Made by a program: the position numbers and the translations under genes. Positions 26,706 to 35,419 of a stretch of DNA of 35,419 nt are shown piece by piece. The stretch covers positions 1 through 35,419 of the forward strand of contig JBNJDW010000001.1 of the NCBI GenBank assembly GCA_051745265.1. Reading direction: 5' to 3'. The notes below the pieces were generated by a model. That model had not been told where the DNA came from. It saw only the letters and a list, made by a program, of their open reading frames with translations, and ran no database searches. Position 1 is the stretch's first letter, and each line of letters begins with the position of its first letter. This DNA is from Pseudomonadota bacterium (lineage in GTDB: Bacteria; Pseudomonadota; Alphaproteobacteria; Micavibrionales; CSBR16-224).

Positions 26706-28013
26706 TTAATCACGGTTCAATTGTTCTGACAGTTTCTGCCAGTACTCAAGCCGCTTGTTGATTTCACGCTCAAAACCGCGTTGGGCCGGTTGATAAAAGG
26801 CTTCCCGTTCCATTTCCTCAGGGAAATAATCCTGCCCGGAAAAGCCGTGTTCGGTATTGTGGTCATAGGCGTAATCCTTGCCATAGCCAATATCTTTCAT
26901 CATCCTGGTCGGTGCATTCAGAATATGTTTGGGCGGCATCAATGATCCGGTGTCCTTGGCCGCGCGCATCGCCGATTTATAAGCGGCATAGGCGGCATTC
27001 GATTTCGGCGCGGTCGCGCAATAGATCACTGCCTGGGCAATGGCAAGCTCGCCTTCCGGACTGCCGAGGCGCTCATAGGTCTCCCAGGCGGCAATGGCGT
27101 GCTGCAAGGCGGCGGGATCAGCAAGGCCGATATCCTCAATCGCCATGCGGACAACACGCCTTGCGATATAACGCGGGTCTTCGCCGCCGGTCAACATCCG
27201 CGCCAGCCAGTACAGCGCCGCATTGACATCCGACCCGCGCACCGATTTATGCAAGGCACTGATCAGGTTATAATGGGCGTCCTGCTTTTTATCGTAAAGC
27301 GGCATGCGTTTCTGGACCAGATTTGACAGCTTTTCAACATCCAGATCTTCTGTCACATTGGCGGCATAAATCTGTTCGGCCAGATTCAGAAGATAGCGGC
27401 CATCACCATCGGCCATCGCCTTTAACGCGGACCGCGCATCTTTATCCAATGGCAGGCGGCTGCCGGTTTTATCCTCTGCCGCCTCTAATAAACGGTTGAG
27501 CGCTACATCATCCAGACGGTTCAACACCGCGACCTGACAGCGTGACAGCAAGGCGGCATTCAGCTCAAAAGACGGATTTTCCGTCGTCGCCCCGATCAGG
27601 ACAACCGTGCCATCCTCGACATACGGCAAGAAAGCATCCTGCTGTGATTTGTTAAATCGATGGATTTCATCAATAAACAGCAAAGTGCCCTGCCCGGTCT
27701 CGCGGCGACGGCGGGCTTCCTCAAAGACCTTGCGCAATTCACCAACGCCGGAGAATATTGCCGATAAAGGCTCAAAAAACAGATCGGTATGATCGGCCAG
27801 CAAGCGGGCAATCGTCGTTTTACCGCAGCCCGGCGGCCCCCATAGTATAAGCGAACTGATCCGACCATTTTTGACCATACGGGCAATCACGCCGTCATCC
27901 CGCAACAGATGGTCCTGTCCGGCGACCTCTTCCAATGTTTTGGGGCGCAGTTGATCGGCCAGCGGACGGTTGGTGGGATCTTTATCCGCGGCGGATTCAA
28001 ATAAGTTGGCCAT
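26706..28013 (-). CDS. rarA: Replication-associated recombination protein A (RarA/MgsA AAA+ ATPase)
   Basis: LRPKTLEEVAGQDHLL, Walker A LILWGPPGCGKTT, Walker B LLFIDEIHRFNKSQQDAFLP, and C-terminal MgsA-type SALHKSVRGSDVNAALYWLARM. Starts 3 nt after the degP stop. Confidence 0.95.
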   Translation of the reverse strand: MANLFESAADKDPTNRPLADQLRPKTLEEVAGQDHLLRDDGVIARMVKNGRISSLILWGPPGCGKTTIARLLADHTDLFFEPLSAIFSGVGELRKVFEEARRRRETGQGTLLFIDEIHRFNKSQQDAFLPYVEDGTVVLIGATTENPSFELNAALLSRCQVAVLNRLDDVALNRLLEAAEDKTGSRLPLDKDARSALKAMADGDGRYLLNLAEQIYAANVTEDLDVEKLSNLVQKRMPLYDKKQDAHYNLISALHKSVRGSDVNAALYWLARMLTGGEDPRYIARRVVRMAIEDIGLADPAALQHAIAAWETYERLGSPEGELAIAQAVIYCATAPKSNAAYAAYKSAMRAAKDTGSLMPPKHILNAPTRMMKDIGYGKDYAYDHNTEHGFSGQDYFPEEMEREAFYQPAQRGFEREINKRLEYWQKLSEQLNRD

Positions 28014-28016
28014 TTT

Positions 28017-29423
28017 TTACCTCATAATCAGGGACAGTATCCGGCCATCCCGTTTAAATTTCATCGCCCAGCCGGATGCTGATTTATCCAGCAATGCCTG
28101 TAACTGATCCACTGACTTTACACGGCTGCCGTTCAGACTGTAAACAATATCTCCGACCTGAAGGCCCAGCCGGTTGCGGTTCTGAAAATCAATCACGACC
28201 ACGCCCTGATCATCAATGACCATGTTCAGCTCATCCTCCAGCGCCGGATTGATGTTTGCGACCACTGCGCCTGACAGCGGGTGGCGGCCTTCTAACAGGG
28301 TTTCATTACGTGGCGGGGTTTCGGGCGGATGTTCGGCAGTGAAACGGATATGCCGCACCCCGTCCTTACGATGGACTTCCAACTCGACAGGCGCGCCGAT
28401 TTCAACCATGGCCAGATAAAATTTCAAAGCGGCCGGATCATTGATCTGCTGGCCATTAATTTCCAGGATAACATCGCCTTTCTTCAATCCGGCCTTAGCC
28501 GCCGGGCTTTGCGGATGAATGCGGTTCACCATCGCCCCCTGCGCTGAGGGCAGACCAAGCGCCTTGGCAATATCCGATGTCACCGACTGTCCTTTGGCCC
28601 CGATCCAGGGCTTCACCAGCTTATCCTGACCGGCCCGCACTGAATTGAGCACTGTGCGCACCAGTTCTGCCGGAATCGCAAAACCAATACCGAGCGAGCC
28701 GCCATCATGGGAAAAGATCGCCGAATTCACCCCGACCAGATAACCATCCATAGAGACAAGCGCGCCGCCCGAATTCCCGGGGTTAATCGCCGCATCTGTC
28801 TGAATGAAAAAGCTTTGATCACCGATACCGACCGCGGTGCGTGCAAGGGCAGAAACGATGCCACTGGTCACGGTCTGGCCAACCCCGAACGGGTTACCAA
28901 TCGCCAGCACAAGATCGCCGACTTCAAGATCATTATGCGGTGCCAGCTTCAAAACCGGCAGAGGCTCCTCGCCGCCATCAATCCGCAAAACGGCCAGATC
29001 AAAACGTTCATCAAAAAAGACCTTTTCCGCTTCAAATTCGCGGCCATCTTTTAGGACAACATTGATTTCACTGGCGTCTTTGATGACATGGGCATTGGTC
29101 ACGATCAGCCCTTCCTGATCAAGAATAACGCCGGAGCCAAGGGCATTGGCCACCCGTTCACGTTCCAGCCCGCCAAAACCGCGGCCAAAGAAATCATCAA
29201 AAAACGGATTGCCGAAAAACGGGCTGACCCGCGCCCGCTGACGGACCACACGTTTGGTATAGATATTGACCACCGCAGGCGCGGTTTTTTTAACCAGCGG
29301 CGCATAGGACAGCTTTACCTGACTGTCACTCTGAGGGACCTGACGCTGCGCTGTCTCCGCGGCCAGAACGGGTGCTGTCATCAACATCAGAACAAGAAAA
29401 CAGATAAATATGCGATTGTGCAT
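28017..29423 (-). CDS. degP: Periplasmic serine endoprotease, DegP/HtrA family (trypsin-like domain plus two PDZ domains)
   Basis: Signal peptide MHNRIFICFLVLMLMTAPVLAAE. Catalytic triad contexts TNAHV, DLAVL and GNSGGAL. The ATG at 29423 is preceded by GGAGGA. The track extension to 29525 is rejected. Confidence 0.92.
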   Translation of the reverse strand: MHNRIFICFLVLMLMTAPVLAAETAQRQVPQSDSQVKLSYAPLVKKTAPAVVNIYTKRVVRQRARVSPFFGNPFFDDFFGRGFGGLERERVANALGSGVILDQEGLIVTNAHVIKDASEINVVLKDGREFEAEKVFFDERFDLAVLRIDGGEEPLPVLKLAPHNDLEVGDLVLAIGNPFGVGQTVTSGIVSALARTAVGIGDQSFFIQTDAAINPGNSGGALVSMDGYLVGVNSAIFSHDGGSLGIGFAIPAELVRTVLNSVRAGQDKLVKPWIGAKGQSVTSDIAKALGLPSAQGAMVNRIHPQSPAAKAGLKKGDVILEINGQQINDPAALKFYLAMVEIGAPVELEVHRKDGVRHIRFTAEHPPETPPRNETLLEGRHPLSGAVVANINPALEDELNMVIDDQGVVVIDFQNRNRLGLQVGDIVYSLNGSRVKSVDQLQALLDKSASGWAMKFKRDGRILSLIMR

Positions 29424-29523
29424 ATGTCCTCCACCTCTGCAATAAATAACCTGATTATAAAATATAGCATGAAAAGCCGGGCCGTAAATACCGCGTGCCA
29501 TACGACACCCGTTTTTAAGGCAC

Positions 29524-29561
29524 AAAAAAAAGACGCCCGAAGCGTTAAACTTCGGGCGTCT
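29524..29561 (-). terminator. Rho-independent terminator after rplQ
   Basis: AGACGCCCGAAG-cgttaaa-CTTCGGGCGTCT (12-bp stem). On the minus strand it is followed by T8 (an A-run at 29524-29531 on plus). Confidence 0.85.
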
Positions 29562-29581
29562 TCACAGACTATAAAATATGA

Positions 29582-30208
29582 TTACTTATCGCTGTTTTTC
29601 TTGCCGGATTCTTTTTCAACGGTTTTAGCGTTGCGATCAACGGCAGGCTCGGCAGCTTTATCGGTTTTAGACTTGGCTTTGGTTTTTGCCTTGGTGTTTT
29701 CAGCCTTGGCTTTACCCTCATCCTTTTTGTCGTCTTTTTTATCGTCTTTCTTGGCCGCTTTTTTAGCTTTCGGCTTTTCTTCAACTACCGGCTCTTCGAC
29801 GATTTCATCTTCAAACTGGCTTGGACCACTGTCCTTACCTTTGGCAGTCGTATCACGATCAACCAGTTCGATAATCGCCATCGGCGCGGCATCGCCATAA
29901 CGGAAGCCGGCTTTCAGGACGCGGGTGTAACCACCATTGCGGTCTTTGTAGCGATCAGCCAGAACGTCAAACAGCTTTTTAACCATTTCATCATCACGAA
30001 TACGGCCCGCTGCCAGACGACGATCGCCCAGACGGCCTTTTTTGCCCAATGTCACCAGACGGTCAACAATTTTGCGCAGTTCTTTTGCCTTGGGCAAAGT
30101 GGTTTTAATTTGTTCATGCTTAACCAGCGCAGCTGCCATATTGGCGAACATCGCCTCGCGGTGCGTGCTTGTCCGATTAAGTTTACGGTGCTTCATTCCA
30201 TGTCTCAT
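29582..30208 (-). CDS. rplQ: 50S ribosomal protein L17 with a ~90-aa Lys/Asp/Ala-rich C-terminal extension
   Basis: [37 protein letters not shown] is the canonical L17 N-terminus. SD AAGGAG. The tail [37 protein letters not shown] follows the core. Confidence 0.93.
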   Translation of the reverse strand: MRHGMKHRKLNRTSTHREAMFANMAAALVKHEQIKTTLPKAKELRKIVDRLVTLGKKGRLGDRRLAAGRIRDDEMVKKLFDVLADRYKDRNGGYTRVLKAGFRYGDAAPMAIIELVDRDTTAKGKDSGPSQFEDEIVEEPVVEEKPKAKKAAKKDDKKDDKKDEGKAKAENTKAKTKAKSKTDKAAEPAVDRNAKTVEKESGKKNSDK

Positions 30209-30337
30209 GGCGATATTCTCCTTCTTTACAGCTGCCTTACGCATAAGGCGGATAAAACTACGACCAACTTGAAAAATTCAATATTAATCGCCGGGTCACT
30301 GCGACCCTAAAAAAAGCGGTCAGACCAAAAGCAAATA

Positions 30338-30358
30338 CGCCGCATAAATCATGCGGCG
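30338..30358 (-). terminator. Hairpin in the rpoA-rplQ spacer (possible leaky terminator or mRNA-stability element)
   Basis: CGCCGCAT-aaatc-ATGCGGCG, an 8-bp stem. On the minus strand it is followed by TATTTGCTTTTGG. Confidence 0.4.
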
Positions 30359-30366
30359 GTATCAGC

Positions 30367-31389
30367 TTAGAACGGGTCTTCGACTTTCTTAACCAGTTCT
30401 TCGATATTTTCCGGCGGCCATTCGGGCACCTGCATACCAAGATGCAATTCCATACCTGACAGTACTTCCTTGATTTCGTTCAAAGACTTACGGCCAAAGT
30501 TTGGTGTGCGCAGCATTTCGCCTTCGGTTTTCTGTACCAGATCGCCGATATAAACAATGTTGTCGTTTTTCAGGCAGTTTGCAGAACGAACAGACAGCTC
30601 AAGTTCCTCAACCTTACGCAGCAGGTTGCGGTTGAACGGCAGTTCATCTTTTTCTTCGCCTGCACGGGCAACATCCGGCTCTTCAAAGTTAACAAAGATC
30701 TGAAGCTGATCCTGAAGAATACGGGCTGCAAAAGCAACAGCGTCTTCAGGGCGAACCGTACCATCGGTTTCAACATCCAAAATCAGCTTATCATAATCCG
30801 TGATCTGGCCCACGCGGGTATCTTCCACGCGGTAAGAAACCTTACGGACCGGGCTAAACAGACTGTCTACCGGGATCAGGCCGATTGGCGCTTCTTCCGG
30901 ACGGTTCTGACTGGCCGGGCAATAGCCTTTACCAGTATCAACGGTCAATTCCATTTCAAAATTGGCGCCTTCGCTGAGTGTGCAAAGAGCCAGATCTTTG
31001 TTCATGATTTCAACATCGGCGACTTCTTCGATCTGGGCTGCGGTGACTTCGCCCGGGCCTTTCGCCTTCAGGATAAGCTTCCGCGGGCCTTCAGCATGCA
31101 GCTTCAGCGCCAAGGATTTCACGTTCAGAATAATGTCGGTCACATCTTCACGGACACCCTCGACTGAGGAGAATTCATGAAGAACGCTGCCGCCGTTAAT
31201 TTTAATCGCGGTTACTGCTGCGCCTTGCAAGGAAGACAACAGAACACGACGCAGGGCATTCCCCAGCGTCAGGCCGTAACCACGTTCCAGAGGATCAACG
31301 ATAACCGTTCCAAAACGGTTCGGATCCAGTTTGGTTTTAATATCAATATTGTTTGCTTTAATAAGCTCTAGCCAGTTTTTCTCTATCAA
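30367..31389 (-). CDS. rpoA: DNA-directed RNA polymerase subunit alpha
   Basis: [13 protein letters not shown] matches the usual alphaproteobacterial MIQKNWQELIKP start. Conserved N-terminal domain, and C-terminal domain with [28 protein letters not shown] at 31389 preceded by GGAAGGG is preferred. The ATG at 31407, six codons upstream, has no SD. Confidence 0.97.
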   Translation of the reverse strand: MIEKNWLELIKANNIDIKTKLDPNRFGTVIVDPLERGYGLTLGNALRRVLLSSLQGAAVTAIKINGGSVLHEFSSVEGVREDVTDIILNVKSLALKLHAEGPRKLILKAKGPGEVTAAQIEEVADVEIMNKDLALCTLSEGANFEMELTVDTGKGYCPASQNRPEEAPIGLIPVDSLFSPVRKVSYRVEDTRVGQITDYDKLILDVETDGTVRPEDAVAFAARILQDQLQIFVNFEEPDVARAGEEKDELPFNRNLLRKVEELELSVRSANCLKNDNIVYIGDLVQKTEGEMLRTPNFGRKSLNEIKEVLSGMELHLGMQVPEWPPENIEELVKKVEDPF

Positions 31390-31467
31390 GGCTCTACCCT
31401 TCCGCATCTAGTATGATTTATAACTTTTATCCGGCCCTCATCAGGCCGGTTAACACCATATCCTATA

Positions 31468-31866
31468 TTAAACACGGCGCTTTTTCTTAGGGCGGCAACC
31501 GTTATGCGGTACCGGCGTTGAATCTACGATGGAATTGACCACGAGACCAAGTGCCTGCAAACCGCGCAAAGCTGATTCCCGTCCTGAACCCGGTCCGCGC
31601 ACGACGACATCCAGATTTTTCAAACCATGTTCCATGGCTTTCCGTCCGGCGTCCTCAGAAGCGATCTGGGCTGCATAAGGAGTCGATTTCCGAGAGCCCT
31701 TAAAGCCCTGGCTTCCTGCAGATGACCATGAAATTGAATTACCCTGTTGATCGGTAATCGTGATCATGGTGTTGTTAAAGGTTGAATTCACATGCGCGAC
31801 ACCCTGGGTGATGTTTTTCTTATCGCGACGACGTGTTCGTGTTGCTGTTGCTGCCTTCTTAGCCAT
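31468..31866 (-). CDS. rpsK: 30S ribosomal protein S11
   Basis: [22 protein letters not shown]...[14 protein letters not shown]...[17 protein letters not shown]...[18 protein letters not shown]. Confidence 0.97.
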   Translation of the reverse strand: MAKKAATATRTRRRDKKNITQGVAHVNSTFNNTMITITDQQGNSISWSSAGSQGFKGSRKSTPYAAQIASEDAGRKAMEHGLKNLDVVVRGPGSGRESALRGLQALGLVVNSIVDSTPVPHNGCRPKKKRRV

Positions 31867-31881
31867 CTTTACCTGTCCTTA

Positions 31882-32250
31882 TTACTTTTTCTTACCGGCA
31901 ATCGCCTTGGCCGGACCCTTACGGGTACGGGCGTTTGTGTGAGTTCTTTGACCACGGACCGGTAAGTTTTTGCGGTGACGCAAACCCCGGTAGCTTCCCA
32001 GATCCATCTGACGTTTAATATTCGTGGAAACGGTGCGGCGCAGATCCCCTTCAACCGAAAAATCGCTGGCGATAATATTACGGATCTGGGTTTCTTCAGC
32101 CTCGGTCATTTGATTAACCCGACGTTCCGCAGGAATATTTGCTTTTTCACAAATCTTCTTGGCCGAAGTCGGACCGATACCATGAATATATGTCAGCGCG
32201 ATTTCTACACGCTTATTGGGTGGGATATTTACACCTGCAATACGAGCCAC
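31882..32250 (-). CDS. rpsM: 30S ribosomal protein S13 (GTG start)
   Basis: [25 protein letters not shown]...[25 protein letters not shown]. The start codon is GTG, preceded by AAGGAG with a 5-nt spacer. Confidence 0.97.
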   Translation of the reverse strand: MARIAGVNIPPNKRVEIALTYIHGIGPTSAKKICEKANIPAERRVNQMTEAEETQIRNIIASDFSVEGDLRRTVSTNIKRQMDLGSYRGLRHRKNLPVRGQRTHTNARTRKGPAKAIAGKKK

Positions 32251-32336
32251 GTTAACTCCTTACCTTTTTTTGTCCTTCGTGTTTTCTTTAACACGAACAT
32301 TGAATCTTATACCAAAATCATTTCGTTGGCCTGCGC

Positions 32337-32364
32337 ATTATATGACTTTGAAATGCAACGTCAA
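32337..32364 (-). promoter_or_regulatory. Putative sigma70-type promoter of the rpsM-rpsK-rpoA-rplQ operon
   Basis: Minus strand reads TTGACG (32364-32359), a 16-nt spacer, then TATAAT (32342-32337). Lies about 85 nt upstream of the rpsM GTG. Confidence 0.5.
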
Positions 32365-32422
32365 GCACAGAATACCGGTTTTCTATAAAAAAACCACAAT
32401 ATCAGACCTTGGTACGGTTTTT

Positions 32423-33100
32423 TTAGCTTTCTGCCGCCGCCGAAGCCGTGCCGGGCGACAGAATCGCATTAATCTGGGCTGTAACTTCCGGCATTGGCAG
32501 CATGCCATCCACCGTCTGCAGCAACCCTGATTCTTTATAATACGGCAGAATCGGTGCCGTCTGGGCATGATATGTCTTTAATCTTTCGCGTACGGTTTCC
32601 GGCGTATCATCTGTCCGCCGGACAAAAGAATCAACCGCGCCGCAGTTATCGCATTTATTTTCGACCTTTGGCGTTTTAAAGTAATCGTTATAGCCTTCAC
32701 CGCATTCTTTACAGGTAAAGCGCCCACTGATCCTTTTGACAAGAGCCTCTTCATCGACTTCTATTTTAATAACGGCATCCAGATCCCGGTTATTATTCTC
32801 GAGCATTTTTTCCAGAGCCTTGGCCTGCGCGACAGTACGCGGGTAACCATCCAGGATAAAACCTTTTTGACAATCAGGCTGGGCAATACGGTGAGAGATC
32901 ATCTCAATCATCATCTCATCAGGGACCAGCGCGCCGGCATCCAGTATTTTCTTCAGATCCTGTCCCAGCGCATCACCGGATTTGATTGTTGCCCGCAACA
33001 TATCGCCTGTCGATAAATGAACGGCGCCATGCTGTTCTTCAATCCTGCGCGCCTGGGTGCCTTTTCCGGCGCCCGGGGGGCCAATTAAGATGATATTCAT
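32423..33100 (-). CDS. adk: Adenylate kinase (long form with Cys4 zinc-type lid)
   Basis: MNIILIGPPGAGKGTQA P-loop. Lid CKECG...x16...CDNCG. The ATG overlaps the secY stop (ATGA). Confidence 0.96.
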   Translation of the reverse strand: MNIILIGPPGAGKGTQARRIEEQHGAVHLSTGDMLRATIKSGDALGQDLKKILDAGALVPDEMMIEMISHRIAQPDCQKGFILDGYPRTVAQAKALEKMLENNNRDLDAVIKIEVDEEALVKRISGRFTCKECGEGYNDYFKTPKVENKCDNCGAVDSFVRRTDDTPETVRERLKTYHAQTAPILPYYKESGLLQTVDGMLPMPEVTAQINAILSPGTASAAAES

Positions 33101-34443
33101 CCCTTGCGTCCTCTCAAGCGTGTTTTCTTGATCAACCCTTCATACTGATGAGCGATCAGATGTGAATGGATCTGGGCAACCGTATCCATGGTTACCGTAA
33201 CAACAATCAAAAGACTGGTCCCGCCAAAATAGAAGGGCAATTGATATTTCGCCATCACAAATTCAGGCAGCAGACAGATAAAGACCAGATAGGCCGCGCC
33301 GATCGTGGTAATACGGGTCAGCACATAATCAATATACTGGGCTGTATTGGAACCAGGACGGATACCGGGTACAAAACCGCCATATTTACGAAGGTTTTCA
33401 GCCGTATCCTTGGGGTTAAAGACAATCGCCGTATAGAAAAAGGCGAAGAAAGCCACCAAGGCGCCGTACATTAGCATATACAGTGGCTCGCCATGCTGGA
33501 GATGCTGTTCGATCGTAGAGATCGTTTCACCACCGTCACCGCCCATGAAACCAACTAATGTCAGTGGCAGGAACAGCAGAGATGAGGCAAAGATCGGCGG
33601 AATAACACCTGCGGTATTCAGCTTCAGCGGAATATGGCTCGAATCGCCGCCATACATCCGATTACCGACCTGACGTTTAGGGTATTGAACAATCAATCGC
33701 CGCTGGGCACGCTCCATAAAGACAATGAAGGTAATCACCGCAATAACCAGAGCAAAGATGCCCAGAATAAGCACAGGGGCCAGAGCGCCCTGCCGGCCAA
33801 ATTCTAAAGTCTCCACGATAGCACGCGGCAATTCGGCAACAATACCGGCGAAGATGATCAACGATATCCCGTTACCAACCCCGCGTGAGGTAATCTGCTC
33901 ACCCAGCCAGACCAGGAACATGGTACCACCGACAATGGTAATAATGATCGATGCCTTAAAGAACAGGCCCGGGTTAAGCGCGGCAAAACCACCGCCGGAG
34001 GTCTGGACACTTTCCAGCCAGACAGCAAGGCCATAGGCCTGAACAGCCGACAACAACACCGTTAGATAACGGGTATACTGGTTGATTTTCTTGCGTCCGG
34101 TCTCGCCCTCTTTCTTGATGGCTTCCATCTTGGGGACCATGGCCGTCATCAACTGCATGATAATAGAGGCCGAGATATAGGGCATAATATTCAGTGTGAA
34201 AACCGACATCCGTGAGAAAGCACCGCCGGCAAACATGTCAAACATGTCAATGAGACCACCGGATTTTTGATTGAAAATATCTTCCCAGGCCTGCGGATCA
34301 ATACCGGGCAACGGAACATATGTCCCGAGACGATAAATCGCCAAAGCTGCCAGGGTAAACCAGATACGCTTTTTAAGCTCCTCGGCTTTTGAAAACGCCC
34401 CGAAATTCAGGTTGGATGCGAACTGCTCGACTGCGGAAGACAT
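33097..34443 (-). CDS. secY: Preprotein translocase subunit SecY
   Basis: 448 aa with 10 TM segments. LKKRIWFTLAALAIYRLGTYVPLPGI, SVFTLNIMPYISASIIMQL, GGTSLLIVV. Confidence 0.97.
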   Translation of the reverse strand: MSSAVEQFASNLNFGAFSKAEELKKRIWFTLAALAIYRLGTYVPLPGIDPQAWEDIFNQKSGGLIDMFDMFAGGAFSRMSVFTLNIMPYISASIIMQLMTAMVPKMEAIKKEGETGRKKINQYTRYLTVLLSAVQAYGLAVWLESVQTSGGGFAALNPGLFFKASIIITIVGGTMFLVWLGEQITSRGVGNGISLIIFAGIVAELPRAIVETLEFGRQGALAPVLILGIFALVIAVITFIVFMERAQRRLIVQYPKRQVGNRMYGGDSSHIPLKLNTAGVIPPIFASSLLFLPLTLVGFMGGDGGETISTIEQHLQHGEPLYMLMYGALVAFFAFFYTAIVFNPKDTAENLRKYGGFVPGIRPGSNTAQYIDYVLTRITTIGAAYLVFICLLPEFVMAKYQLPFYFGGTSLLIVVTVTMDTVAQIHSHLIAHQYEGLIKKTRLRGRKG

Positions 34444-34555
34444 CTGTAATGGACCTCTGTTCTATATAAAAAAAGTTACCTCGACCTTAGAGGATTCTGC
34501 TTCGATTTCAAGAAATATATACGGGAAAAAGCAAAGTTTCATAAAGTCTGGTGTT

Positions 34556-34601
34556 AAAATAAAAACCCCGGTGTTTTCGAACAAAATCGACAGCACCGGG
34601 G
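34556..34601 (-). terminator. Terminator-like hairpin between rplO and secY
   Basis: Minus strand reads CCCCGGTG, a 20-nt loop, CACCGGGG, then TTTTTATTTT. It sits inside an unusually long 196-nt rplO-secY spacer. Confidence 0.55.
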
Positions 34602-34639
34602 TGTATTCACAAGCTCATAAAAAGCAATAATTCAAGACC

Positions 34640-35146
34640 TTAAGCCTTTGACTGTGCTTTCTTTTCCAGCTTTTTAACTTTTTCGCGTTTGGCGACGACT
34701 TCTACGGAACCGCCTGCTTTTTCAACAGCTGCGATCGCAGATTTTGTACCGCCGTTAACTTTCAGTTTTACTTTTGTGGTCAGCTCACCGCCGCCAATCA
34801 AACGTACACCGTCATATGCGTTACTGATGATACCGCTTTTAACCAGAACATCTGCGGTAATATCTGATTTGGCATCCAGTTTTTTGGCATCCAGCGCCGC
34901 CTGTAAACGGCCCGGGGTGATTTCTGCATAGCGTTTAACATTGGGGTTTCTAAAGCCCATTTTCGGCAAACGACGGTACAATGGCATTTGACCGCCTTCG
35001 AAACCTTTAATCGCAACGCCTGACCGTGCCTTCTGGCCTTTGTGACCTGAACCGGCTGTTTTGCCTTTGCCCGAACCAATGCCGCGGCCTACGCGCATAC
35101 GGTCTTTGGTCGAACCTTCAGCTGGAGTTAATTCATTTAATTTCAT
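34640..35146 (-). CDS. rplO: 50S ribosomal protein L15
   Basis: [43 protein letters not shown] matches the E. coli L15 N-terminal pattern. The ATG at 35164, six codons upstream, is the alternative start. Confidence 0.95.
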   Translation of the reverse strand: MKLNELTPAEGSTKDRMRVGRGIGSGKGKTAGSGHKGQKARSGVAIKGFEGGQMPLYRRLPKMGFRNPNVKRYAEITPGRLQAALDAKKLDAKSDITADVLVKSGIISNAYDGVRLIGGGELTTKVKLKVNGGTKSAIAAVEKAGGSVEVVAKREKVKKLEKKAQSKA

Positions 35147-35171
35147 ATCAGCACCATTTTCCATTTTCTTA

Positions 35172-35419
35172 TTATGCCGCGCCTTCGACGCGTACCAGGT
35201 GTTTTACCTTTTCAATCATACCGCGCACTGCCGGTGTATCTTCAAGTTCCCGCGTGCGGTGAAGCTTGTTCAAACCAAGACCGACCAAGGTACCACGTTG
35301 ATACGCCTGACGACCGATCGGGCTGCCGACCTGCGTTACAATCACGGTTTTACCGGCTGTTTTTTTGGTCGCTGTTGTTTTTGCCGCAGCTTTTTTTGCA
35401 GGTGCCTTTTTGGCAGCTG
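35172..35419 (-). CDS. rpmD: 50S ribosomal protein L30, partial (5' end beyond the window), with a Lys/Ala-rich N-terminal extension
   Basis: My own translation of the minus strand gives ..[81 protein letters not shown], stop TAA at 35172-35174. Not in the ORF track because no start codon lies within the window. Confidence 0.85.
   Translation of the reverse strand, partial: AAKKAPAKKAAAKTTATKKTAGKTVIVTQVGSPIGRQAYQRGTLVGLGLNKLHRTRELEDTPAVRGMIEKVKHLVRVEGAA

Noticed and set aside
29088-29900. 270-aa plus-strand ORF spanning the degP 5' end, the intergenic terminator and the rplQ tail.
   Set aside because: It crosses a strong terminator hairpin. Its Leu/Phe/Ser-rich C-terminus is simply the reverse complement of the Lys-rich L17 tail.
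1-35419. Search for CRISPR repeats, IS elements, transposase or integrase genes, prophage or defence-island signatures, and rRNA or tRNA genes.
   Set aside because: Manual reading found none. Gene content is housekeeping, flagellar and signalling, with conserved alphaproteobacterial synteny.

Overview
By eye, this window is a core chromosomal segment of a flagellated alphaproteobacterium with roughly 50% GC. All calls rest on motifs read from the supplied translations and on manual inspection of intergenic DNA; no searches were run.

Gene content, left to right:
- a ~1000-aa SAM-methyltransferase fusion protein (-) and comF (+)
- a split flagellar export/rod cluster: fliP, fliO, an orf and a flhB-CTD-like gene on the minus strand; flgB, flgC, fliE, fliQ, fliR and flhB on the plus strand
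- a CckA-like hybrid kinase and a putative lipoprotein
- recA with an alphaproteobacterial GTTC-N7-GTTC LexA box, then an orphan gene
- smpB and dapA (-) and an Slt-type lytic transglycosylase
- a lower-GC signalling module: an RsbW-like GHKL ATPase behind a perfect sigma54 promoter, a NarL-type response regulator and a hybrid histidine kinase
- two large BatA_N/DUF4159-type membrane proteins, then rarA and degP
- the distal spc/alpha ribosomal operons, all on the minus strand: partial rpmD, rplO, secY, adk, rpsM, rpsK, rpoA, rplQ

I found no rRNA, tRNA, CRISPR array, transposase, integrase or recognisable defence gene, and I do not see a clear-cut new multi-gene system. The best leads are:
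1. Two near-identical sigma54 promoters that link the flagellar rod operon to an orphan RsbW-like ATPase and its adjacent two-component genes.
2. The methyltransferase fused to two degenerate NUDIX-like regions and a disordered tail.
3. The BatA_N/DUF4159 gene pair, which lacks its usual MoxR/DUF58 partners.
4. An FlhB C-terminal-domain paralogue plus an unknown small protein heading the fliOP operon.
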